A stretch of 64,000 nt of DNA from Thermoproteota archaeon (lineage in GTDB: Archaea > Korarchaeota > Korarchaeia > Korarchaeales > Korarchaeaceae). Positions 19,666 through 27,739 of this stretch are shown here, piece after piece (positions within the stretch are counted from its first letter, which is position 1; every line of letters begins with the position of its first letter). The notes below the pieces were generated by a model that saw nothing but the letters and a program-made list of their open reading frames with translations, had not been told where the DNA came from and ran no database searches. Both the position numbers and the translations under genes were made by a program. The DNA lies in the NCBI GenBank assembly GCA_015522685.1, contig WALU01000032.1, forward strand, positions 44,760 through 108,759, written 5' to 3'.

Positions 19666-20341
19666 CCGAGATCAGAACCATAACAATTGCTGATATTAAG
19701 GGAACTGTGATATTATCATCTATTCGAGGCCATTTCTCTACTAAAGTTGCAACTAATGCTCCTATTATCCCTGGAATCCCCTTATAATACCATCCTATAG
19801 GGAGAGTTGTTAAAAGCATTGCTATGCTTCCAGCCAAGCCCTTGGTCCACCTCTTATAGACTTTATTTCTGACTATTCCAGTGACTCCATCGCCAACCGA
19901 CATAAAGAGAGCAGCAGCTATCCCTACCTTTAGATCAATGTACCATAACCCCACTATTACTATCGTCCAAGTAATACAAAACCACACTTCTCCCATATTC
20001 CTCTCTACCTGAAACCAGTCCATCCTCTCTCCCTTAAGCCTGGGAAGTAATATTAGAGCAAGCATTCCGATGCCTCCTATTAATGGAATTGCTGGAGATT
20101 TGAATATGTAAGGAGACGCAAATGCTACTATACCTCCAGCAAATATGTGAATAATCTTTCTAGCGACATATATGTTTTGCTTCTTGGAGACCCACTTAGA
20201 GAGAACGAAAACTACAAAGAGAACCCAAATAACCAAGCCAAAAAGCCATTCATATTCGGCAATGCCAGGATGCCAATAGATTAGAGAAACTATAGCAATA
20301 AGTAGTGAAAGGAAGAGCAGGGTGATAGTTTTTGGATTCAT
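19658..20341 (-). CDS. dolichol/phytol kinase-like membrane protein (CTP-dependent family), copy 1
   Basis: ARKIIH, GDGVTGIVR, KGLAGS, DDNITVP; multiple TM helices. Confidence 0.82.
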   Translation of the reverse strand: MNPKTITLLFLSLLIAIVSLIYWHPGIAEYEWLFGLVIWVLFVVFVLSKWVSKKQNIYVARKIIHIFAGGIVAFASPYIFKSPAIPLIGGIGMLALILLPRLKGERMDWFQVERNMGEVWFCITWTIVIVGLWYIDLKVGIAAALFMSVGDGVTGIVRNKVYKRWTKGLAGSIAMLLTTLPIGWYYKGIPGIIGALVATLVEKWPRIDDNITVPLISAIVMVLISGG

Positions 20342-20387
20342 TGATGTTATGATGAAGAGGATTACTATAAGAGTTAGGGGGATTTAA

Positions 20388-20463
20388 GGGAGGCTACCTC
20401 ATCATTGTCGGAGGCTCATGGGAAGCCGGCTGACCTTCCCCGGAAGTTTCAAGGTTCATCGCG
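20388..20463 (-). ncRNA. candidate small structured RNA (C/D- or K-turn-like boxes plus a hairpin)
   Basis: GC-rich intergenic patch; TTATTATA about 25 nt upstream on the minus strand; GCGAUGA and AUGAUGA boxes; GGGAAG/CUUCCC stem. Confidence 0.3.
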
Positions 20464-20495
20464 ATATATTTACCTTTCACTTCCTCCTATAATAA

Positions 20496-20885
20496 GTGAT
20501 ATCGATGCATTATAAGAGTAAATTAAGAGAGGTATTGATCAGGCTAAAGGAGGGGGATAATCCAACTGAGAAGGATGTGGCTAGTGCCTTCTCAGAATTG
20601 AAAGAGAGATACTCGGAAGTTTCTGATATATTATTTGATGATGAGCTAAGAATAGCTATTTACCTACTCATTCAGAGGGGAATCATGATCGCAGATGAAG
20701 ATCTCTTCAATATCTGCGATAAGCATGATTCTCTAAGGAAGCTAGCCTACAGAGCAGTTAGATTGATGAATCTAGAAGCCTCAGAGGAAGCCTCCAATGA
20801 GATTTTAGCTAAAGATCTGGAGAGAACTCTCCTCGGGAGCTATGTACTAAAGAAGATATCTGGTGGTCGGGGCGGGGGGACTTGA
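20496..20885 (+). CDS. hypothetical protein
   Basis: 129-aa helical-looking ORF with typical codon usage; its 3' end overlaps the tRNA-Tyr 3' end. Confidence 0.65.
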   Translation: MISMHYKSKLREVLIRLKEGDNPTEKDVASAFSELKERYSEVSDILFDDELRIAIYLLIQRGIMIADEDLFNICDKHDSLRKLAYRAVRLMNLEASEEASNEILAKDLERTLLGSYVLKKISGGRGGGT

Positions 20886-20983
20886 ACCCCCGACCTGCCG
20901 GTATCTGTGAGAACGGGCCGCTGACGGAGCGCCACCCGGCGCCCTCTACAGCCGGCCGCTCTGCCAGGCTGAGCTACGCCCCG
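20864..20983 (-). tRNA. tRNA-Tyr(GUA) with 43-nt intron at 37/38 (20903-20945), CCA encoded
   Basis: Cloverleaf CGGGGCG...CGCCCCG-A-CCA; C1:G72 and A73 archaeal Tyr identity elements; anticodon stem GCCGG/CCGGC; BHB-like core CUGU/ACAG. Confidence 0.95.
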
Positions 20984-21054
20984 CCATCTAGGTAGATAGC
21001 ATCTCTCTATATTAATTTTTACATTGAATCTCAATGTATGGCCCATGTTATAAC

Positions 21055-21570
21055 CTACTCTCTCACATGAGCTTTTATATCCATTTCAGAGGCTACACGC
21101 CGAAATATCTCGAAGTCCCTATCGCTCCAAGCTACTAATATGACTTCATCTAGATTAGAGTCTGATATCTCCTCTAAAGTTATCTTTATTGCGGTATCAA
21201 CAGGCACGCTCCCAACTCCAGTTCCCATAGCTGGAAATGCTATGCTTTTGAGTCCTAATTCCTCTGCCTTTCTTATAGCTGCTCTTACAGCCTTTCTCAC
21301 AAACTCAGAGTTGCTCCTTCCTCCTGGAGACTTAACAGTAGGAGTATGTATCACATATCTAGCTTTGAGGTCGCCTGCGGCTGTCTCCACAGCTTTTCCA
21401 ATATCGATAGGGGCCTTTTTTAGAACTTCTCTCTGTATGGTCTCTCCCCCCTTCCTCCTTATTGCCTCAGCTACACCTCCTCCCATCAAGAGATGTATGT
21501 TTGCAGGGTTAACTATGGCATCAGCCTCTATATCCGTGATATCTCCCTTGATTATAACTATCTTCGGCAT
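21055..21570 (-). CDS. macro domain protein (ADP-ribose binding/hydrolase)
   Basis: GDIT, DAIVNPAN, MGGGVA, AFPAMGTGVG. Confidence 0.93.
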   Translation of the reverse strand: MPKIVIIKGDITDIEADAIVNPANIHLLMGGGVAEAIRRKGGETIQREVLKKAPIDIGKAVETAAGDLKARYVIHTPTVKSPGGRSNSEFVRKAVRAAIRKAEELGLKSIAFPAMGTGVGSVPVDTAIKITLEEISDSNLDEVILVAWSDRDFEIFRRVASEMDIKAHVRE

Positions 21571-21582
21571 CTTGCCACCTCA

Positions 21583-21891
21583 TTATGAGTTAATGGAGTT
21601 ATTCTTATCTATTCCTGGCTTCAACATTCTCGGGACTCCTGCTTCTATTATGTACTCAGCCCCACAATTCTCGCAAATCAGCTTGCCTGATACAACTTCT
21701 TTCTTCATGCACTCAAAGCAGAGAGCTGGATCTTTAGGTTCAGATTCTTTGTAGGCGCACCATCTCTCACACAAGGGCTTGCTGGGCATGGAAGGAAGAC
21801 CTTTCACCTCTTCCTCAACTTCCACTACTAGCTTTAGGGGGAAGTGGTGGCAGGACGGGCAAGCTAACAGATCAAGTAACCTCCTCCTCAA
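21583..21891 (-). CDS. Trm112-family methyltransferase activator with Cys-rich insertion
   Basis: LLDLLACPSCH..PLKL, GKLICENCGAEYII..GVPRML. Confidence 0.85.
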   Translation of the reverse strand: MRRRLLDLLACPSCHHFPLKLVVEVEEEVKGLPSMPSKPLCERWCAYKESEPKDPALCFECMKKEVVSGKLICENCGAEYIIEAGVPRMLKPGIDKNNSINS

Positions 21892-21895
21892 AGGA

Positions 21896-22579
21896 TCACC
21901 CTAATAATCTGGGTAGTTCCCTTAAACTCTTAATTATACCATCTGATGGAGGGGCATTAAGCCCTTCTCTGAACATCCATATCGTTCTAATGCCCAAGCG
22001 TTTGGCTCCTAGTATATCTTCATAAGGCGAATCCCCTATCATAACAGCCTTATCAACGCTTCCTCCTAGAGATTCTAATGCATATTCAAATATCCATCCG
22101 TGAGGTTTTCTAACACCAACTCTATGTGAAGATATGACGGAGCTGAAGAACTGAAGCATATTTTCCTTCTTCAATTTCTCCACGACCATATCGTGATAAG
22201 GAGTGTTAGAGACTATTGCCATGCTGAAACCCTGTCTGAGGAAATATTCAAGGATCTGCTTGGCTCCTGGCTTAGGCATAGTCAGGTCCACCATGGGAGC
22301 GGCATAAGCTTTCATATGTTCTTCTTCCAATTTCTCAATTCCTAAATAACTAAGGAACGTTGAAACCTCTAAACTAGCTGGTATCTCTATGCTTCTGGCT
22401 TTTCTTTTAGAATTAAAGAGGTCTAATACCCTCTTATAGACTGATAAGGTAGAATCTGCGGAAAATTTACTCTCCATCCCGCTGACCTTTAGCAGTTTAG
22501 TGACCCTATATCTGTAGTAATGATCTAAGTCTGGAGGATCCACAATGGTTCTCCAAAAATCAAAGAGGAGGTAAAGCAT
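21896..22579 (-). CDS. HAD-IA family hydrolase
   Basis: FDFWRT, IVSNT, RKP, MIGDSPYEDILGA; start at ATG 22579. Confidence 0.88.
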   Translation of the reverse strand: MLYLLFDFWRTIVDPPDLDHYYRYRVTKLLKVSGMESKFSADSTLSVYKRVLDLFNSKRKARSIEIPASLEVSTFLSYLGIEKLEEEHMKAYAAPMVDLTMPKPGAKQILEYFLRQGFSMAIVSNTPYHDMVVEKLKKENMLQFFSSVISSHRVGVRKPHGWIFEYALESLGGSVDKAVMIGDSPYEDILGAKRLGIRTIWMFREGLNAPPSDGIIKSLRELPRLLG

Positions 22580-22631
22580 ATTACTTCTAATTAGGTGAGG
22601 CCATAATAACCTAGCGGAGAGTGTACTTCCA

Positions 22632-22892
22632 ATGTCCGACCATAAATATGAATTACAGGTTATAAGACTGCAAAGAGCTATAAGGATTTCCAAAAAATAT
22701 AAAGAAAAATTGAAAAATTTATATGGAAATAAAGTTATATCAAAATTTTCTAAAGATGCTGTCGATTGTCCGGTGTTGAAAAAGAGGGTTAGCTTTCTGG
22801 TATGTATGGGCTGCCCTAACTACGTTAGAAGATTTAAGGGATATGTTCATTGTAAAGGTGACCCTCTCGATGGAGAGCCCACACCGCAGTGA
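22632..22892 (+). CDS. small Cys-rich hypothetical protein (probably metal-binding)
   Basis: DCPV...CMGCPNY...HCKG, four Cys; basic. Confidence 0.7.
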   Translation: MSDHKYELQVIRLQRAIRISKKYKEKLKNLYGNKVISKFSKDAVDCPVLKKRVSFLVCMGCPNYVRRFKGYVHCKGDPLDGEPTPQ

Positions 22893-23509
22893 TTAACGCG
22901 GCAAGGAGAGAGGCAGCTACTCCAAAGATAAGTATGATCATGCGATCCTCGCTGGCCTTAGATGGAGCACTAATGAACACAGGCTTTGCTTCCTCTCCCT
23001 TACCTGTTCCAATAGTAGTAGTAGGTACAGTGGCAGATGGAGTCCCCTTAGTCGTGGATTCAGCAATAGTAACCTTGAGGGACTGAGATGCTCTATACCC
23101 CATTAAGTACCAAGGCATCCCTACAACAAAGATAGCCGCAAGTAAGCCCACTATTAAGCTTCTAACTATTATCCCCCTTGGAGGAGCTATGTGTTCTATG
23201 AGGTTCCTCACGAATGATTCCTTCTCATCTCTCCTTACTGGTAATATAAGGAAGGCTGGAGAAACCAATGTATAAAGGATTTTCTTTCCCCTCTTACCTT
23301 CCATCTTCCTTGGTTTTATAACTCCAGTATTCACCAGCTTATCTATATGAAACATTACAGAGTAGTAAGAGGTTGATTTAACTCTTTAGCCAGATCATTG
23401 GGGCTCTTAGGTATCTTGACTGTTCTATTATCCTTTAGTCTAATTCATTAGATATCTCCTGGCCTAGCAGCTTAGTTTCCTCATCATCCAGCATGAATAT
23501 CTTCCGCAT
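22834..23509 (-). pseudogene. ArsR-like wHTH + transmembrane protein, disrupted at the 5' end
   Basis: MRKIFMLDDEETKLLGQEISNELD*RII...NDLAKELNQPLTT, then a frameshift into VMFHIDKLVNTGVI (ORF 22834-23355) and two TM helices. Confidence 0.75.
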
Positions 23510-23558
23510 CTTATATAAGCTGTAATAGAGGAACATAAAGTGAGTGATTTACTTTCAT

Positions 23559-24197
23559 CTACTTCGAACCTTTCCATTCCAATAGTATCTTCGCAGCTTC
23601 GAGGAGATCTCCCACAGAATAATCAGCTAGTCTAATTATGCGCTCAGATTTCGCTCTAAAGGCTATCTTCATTCCTATATTCATCTGGAAAATTGAGAGA
23701 TCGCTGTCTCCATCTCCTACGAAAGCCACCCCACAGAGAGGAATGTCATAGCTCTCAGCGATGGATTTAAGTATACTTCCCTTTAACTCTGGGGCTAATT
23801 CCCTTTTTATACCTATGACCTTACCATTTGCTATATTTAAAGTGGCTGATCTACAGAAATCCATGTCCAACTCTCTGCATACCTTTCTAGCTACTACATC
23901 AAGACCAGAGCTTACTAAACCAACTATGAAGTCATTTTCCTTTAGAGATGATATAGCTTCTCTCGCATGTTCCATCAGATCCAAGTCCTCTATCCTATTA
24001 AGAACTAAAGTGAAGTCCTTACCCCTCCATGTGGAGACATCTAGCTCAGCCCATCTTCTATAACTTATCCTTCCCTCTTCATACATCCTCCTATACTTAG
24101 AAGCTATTTCTAATGTCCCTAGCATCCGATGAATGAAAGACCATGAACTATCTATAGGAATTAGTGTTTCATCCATATCGAAGGTCACTAAATACAC
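23559..24197 (-). CDS. HAD-IB phosphoserine phosphatase-like protein
   Basis: FDMDETL, SSW, VSSG, FVGDGDSD. Confidence 0.87.
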   Translation of the reverse strand: MYLVTFDMDETLIPIDSSWSFIHRMLGTLEIASKYRRMYEEGRISYRRWAELDVSTWRGKDFTLVLNRIEDLDLMEHAREAISSLKENDFIVGLVSSGLDVVARKVCRELDMDFCRSATLNIANGKVIGIKRELAPELKGSILKSIAESYDIPLCGVAFVGDGDSDLSIFQMNIGMKIAFRAKSERIIRLADYSVGDLLEAAKILLEWKGSK

Positions 24198-24370
24198 TTC
24201 ACTTCACCTCGCCCCCCTGTTTTCTATCTTAACCTCCTCTTGATCTCCTAAACCCGATAAAATTCTCTTACCATGGACCATTATATATTTAGTTAAGGCT
24301 TCTGTAACTCTTCCTCTCATCACCAATACCCCCTTTATATTAATGTCACATTAACCCTACCTGATAAAGA

Positions 24371-25336
24371 ATGGAGAGAGTCGTTGAGGATATAAAGCCT
24401 CACCTTGGGATGACCGTATCTGATCTAATTAATGAAATGGAGAAGGCAGGAGGATTCACAGCTAAATTTATCGCTGAGGGCGTTGTTATTCTGGAGGAAA
24501 TGGTAAAAGACGAGGATTCCATAAACTTTCTCTCCTTCCCAGCAGATATAATCTCAACTGGTGTAAGGGGTATACTAGTAGATATGATCAAGAGAAATCT
24601 ATTCGATGTTATAATAACGACTGGAGGAGCAGTAGATCACGATATAGCTAGATGTTTTGCGAGCTACTATCACGGTACATTCGGCGCTGATGATAAGGAG
24701 CTGTACAATCGAGGTATCCATAGACTTGGCAATATTTTTATACCATTTGATAATTATGGGCTCGTAATTGAGAAATTTGTGAGAAAAGAGGTGCCTAGAG
24801 CATTAGATGAGCTTGGAAATAGGTTTTCTCTGAGTGAGCTGCTTAATTTTTTAGGAGGTCGGTTATGTGAAGGTTCTCTGCTCAGGGCGGCTTATGAATC
24901 TCGCATACCAATGTTCTCCCCAGGAATCCTAGATTCATCCTTCGGTACAGCTCTGAGTCTGCTCTCTCAGGAGAAGGATTTTTACCTAGATCTGATCAAG
25001 GACATGCTTAAGCTTGCTAATCTGGCTTTTACTATGAAAAAGAGTGGAGCTTTGGTCCTAGGGGGTGGAATCTCAAAGCACCATACTATATGGTGGAATC
25101 AGTTTAAAGAGGGGCTTGATTATGTAATATACATTTCAACTGCTGTGGAATGGGACGGAAGCCTCAGCGGTGCTAGAGAAAGAGAGGCTATTAGCTGGGG
25201 GAAGGTTTCAAAAGAAGCTGAGAGAACATTTATACCCGGTGAAATAACCGCATTGCTTCCCATGATGTATGTAGCGCTTTTGGAGAAAATTAATGGATAT
25301 AAGAGGAAGGGCAAGAGTTTGATCGGGAAGTTTTAA
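24371..25336 (+). CDS. dys: deoxyhypusine synthase
   Basis: STGVRG, RLGNIF, LGGGISKHH, DGSLSGAREREAISWGK. Confidence 0.95.
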   Translation: MERVVEDIKPHLGMTVSDLINEMEKAGGFTAKFIAEGVVILEEMVKDEDSINFLSFPADIISTGVRGILVDMIKRNLFDVIITTGGAVDHDIARCFASYYHGTFGADDKELYNRGIHRLGNIFIPFDNYGLVIEKFVRKEVPRALDELGNRFSLSELLNFLGGRLCEGSLLRAAYESRIPMFSPGILDSSFGTALSLLSQEKDFYLDLIKDMLKLANLAFTMKKSGALVLGGGISKHHTIWWNQFKEGLDYVIYISTAVEWDGSLSGAREREAISWGKVSKEAERTFIPGEITALLPMMYVALLEKINGYKRKGKSLIGKF

Positions 25337-25378
25337 AACGAGGTATCATGAAATTGGTCTCGTAAGGAGGGAGAAATA

Positions 25379-26788
25379 TTGAGTCAAGAACTGGTCTTGA
25401 AACTCATGCAAACTGGTCAGAGTGATTGGCTCTCATGGATACTCTTCCTAGTTGTCATAACTGTGATGCAATTCTACGCCAGCAAACTACAAGCTCAGCT
25501 CTGGATTAATGAGATAAGGAAGGCCTTATCAAAGCTAGAGGAATACATGAATGATGCTACCACTAAGTTCGTGAAAGAGGCCTCAAAATATGGTAGGTCT
25601 GAGGAGGAGGTAAAATCCCTTTTCCAGAGGATAAAGGGATTCTTCATCATAGAGCCAGTTACTTTAGATCCATTTGGGGCTGTAAAAAGGTTAGAACACT
25701 TAATTGAGAATTCTAGAAATCATTTAAATAGCTTCATGAAAGAGATAGCCCCAAATGCAGATGAATGGAAGAGATCTAACTTAAGGGATCAGCTAGCTGG
25801 AGTTCTTGCCTTGGACATGATATATAGGATAGTTAGGCATTACTTCATACTTGGTAGGAAGACTCAAAATCTCATATATATTGCTCAAATACAGATGTTA
25901 TTACCCGAAATACTCAGGGCAGCAAAGGCTTACTGGAAAGCTGGAGAGGCCTTTAGGAAGGGGATACCAATAGGAGATAGTATAGGGCCTATGGTAGCTC
26001 TGAAGCTTATGAATAACGCTAATCCAGAAGAAGTAGCTGAAGAGATAGTTGGAGCTGAAGTAGAGCTTAAAGGTAGGAGGGTTTACGTCATAAAAGCTAA
26101 AGGTCCAGGATCAGAGGTAGGTAGACCCGGTGTCGCCATAGAGAGAATAGTAGAGGGTAGGAATGGGGACGTATCTTTGATAGTAATGATAGATGCAGCT
26201 GCAAAGCTTGAAGGAGAACCTACAGCAGAAGTAGTTGAAGGAATAGGCGCTGCTATAGGAGATCCAGGTCCCGAGAAGTACAGGATTGAGGAGGTAGCCA
26301 CGAAGTATAATATACCCCTTTATGCAATAGCCATAAAGGAAGATCCCTTAGACGCCATAACTGTAATGAGGGAGGAAATTGCTAAATCTGTAGATGAAGT
26401 CCTGAAGAGGATAGAGCTTGCCATAGAATCAAAGACCCTCCCAGGTGATTTTGTACTAGTTGCTGGTATAGGAAATACTGCAGGTGTTGGAAATATTCTA
26501 GAGAGAGATAGCGCGAAGTCTGCTGAACCACTTACTGATACAGTTGTGGATGGTTGGAGGAGTAAGGTAATGGAGGCAGCTAGAGAAGGATTGATAGATA
26601 ATAAATTAAGAGATGCTCTACTCTCAACCCATGTCGATGAGGAGGCTAAGAATATATTAGATTTGATAATAGAGATAAGAGAAAAGACAGACATATCTGG
26701 GGGGACTAAGGAAAAGCTGCTGGAAGAACTTAGAGAGAGATTAAGGGAATATTCTCATAAAATATCTAAGGGTGTTTCTAATGCCTGA
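25379..26788 (+). CDS. DUF1512 family membrane-anchored protein with extra C-terminal helical extension
   Basis: N-terminal TM, IEPVTLDP.G, GIPIGDSIGP, MIDAAAKLEGE, GIGNTAGVG. Confidence 0.85.
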   Translation: MSQELVLKLMQTGQSDWLSWILFLVVITVMQFYASKLQAQLWINEIRKALSKLEEYMNDATTKFVKEASKYGRSEEEVKSLFQRIKGFFIIEPVTLDPFGAVKRLEHLIENSRNHLNSFMKEIAPNADEWKRSNLRDQLAGVLALDMIYRIVRHYFILGRKTQNLIYIAQIQMLLPEILRAAKAYWKAGEAFRKGIPIGDSIGPMVALKLMNNANPEEVAEEIVGAEVELKGRRVYVIKAKGPGSEVGRPGVAIERIVEGRNGDVSLIVMIDAAAKLEGEPTAEVVEGIGAAIGDPGPEKYRIEEVATKYNIPLYAIAIKEDPLDAITVMREEIAKSVDEVLKRIELAIESKTLPGDFVLVAGIGNTAGVGNILERDSAKSAEPLTDTVVDGWRSKVMEAAREGLIDNKLRDALLSTHVDEEAKNILDLIIEIREKTDISGGTKEKLLEELRERLREYSHKISKGVSNA

Positions 26789-27218
26789 GGAGAAAAAGAA
26801 GATTTCTCTTGGATTTTATGCCTTCTGGGCTGCTTCTATGGTGGGTATAGTGCTAATATCCCTCTTATTCTTTTACTTAGGAATGCAGTCTCTTAATTCA
26901 AATAACATGAATGATGCCCTTCTTAATATTCTAATGGGAATTGCTGGTATAGGCATCGCTGCTAAAGTGGCATATGATATGGTAAAAGCTAAACTGGCTT
27001 TCCAAGAGGAGAAACAGGAGATATTAACGGAGCTACATTGCCCAAAATGTGGAAGAAAAATGCTAAGGCCATTCAAAGAGGGGGATTATGTTGGCAAGGT
27101 GGCTCAAGATAAATGTCCTCAGTGTGGTACTTCAATGGCTATAGTTTCGGTATTCGCTAAGGTTCCTAAGCAGAAGAAAAAGTCATTCTTTACTTCTAGC
27201 AGCGGTGAAAAGGCTTGA
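26772..27218 (+). CDS. membrane protein with C-terminal Zn ribbon
   Basis: Two TM helices, CPKCG...FKEGDYV...CPQCG. Confidence 0.8.
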   Translation: MFLMPEEKKKISLGFYAFWAASMVGIVLISLLFFYLGMQSLNSNNMNDALLNILMGIAGIGIAAKVAYDMVKAKLAFQEEKQEILTELHCPKCGRKMLRPFKEGDYVGKVAQDKCPQCGTSMAIVSVFAKVPKQKKKSFFTSSSGEKA

Positions 27219-27655
27219 AGAAAATAAAAATGCATGTTGTACCCTGCATTGTAGTTTTTGACAAAAGTGGGATAGTTCTTCTCCTAAAGAGAACTAAAAG
27301 CAAGAGAAACGGTGGGAGATGGGAAATTCCAGGTGGGAGCCTGAGATACGGCGAATCTCCTAGGAGAGGGGCCCTCAGAGAATTGAGAGAAGAAACCGGT
27401 TTCAAGCTCAGCCCCTTTGATATTAAATCAGTTGATACTTTTGGTATGTTATATCCTGAGATGAAGATGGAGTTTATAATACCCCTCTACACGGCAGTGA
27501 TTAATGGGGCTGAGCCAGTCATAAGGCCAGAAGAGCATGATGATTGGGGATGGTTTACCATAGATCAGGTTAAGGAAATGGAGTTAAAGGATGAGACTAT
27601 GAAAGGTGCCTACTCCATGATAAAGGCGGCCAAGAAAGTTATAAATAACAATTAA
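27215..27655 (+). CDS. NUDIX hydrolase
   Basis: Nudix box WEIPGG....GES...ALRELREETG. Confidence 0.92.
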   Translation: MKKIKMHVVPCIVVFDKSGIVLLLKRTKSKRNGGRWEIPGGSLRYGESPRRGALRELREETGFKLSPFDIKSVDTFGMLYPEMKMEFIIPLYTAVINGAEPVIRPEEHDDWGWFTIDQVKEMELKDETMKGAYSMIKAAKKVINNN

Positions 27656-27739
27656 TTAGTTAATCTATTATTAAATAGAATGAATGAAGCAGAAATAAAT
27701 TAATTAAAAGGGAAAATACTACTAACTAATGAGCGAAGA

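Noticed and set aside
20864-20885. tRNA 3' ends as integration (att) sites
   Set aside because: No duplicated tRNA end and no integrase seen in the window.
20840-21046. 68-aa ORF across the tRNA-Tyr, and the N-terminal extension of pncB into tRNA-Asn (60838)
   Set aside because: Artefacts of reading through GC-rich tRNA sequence.
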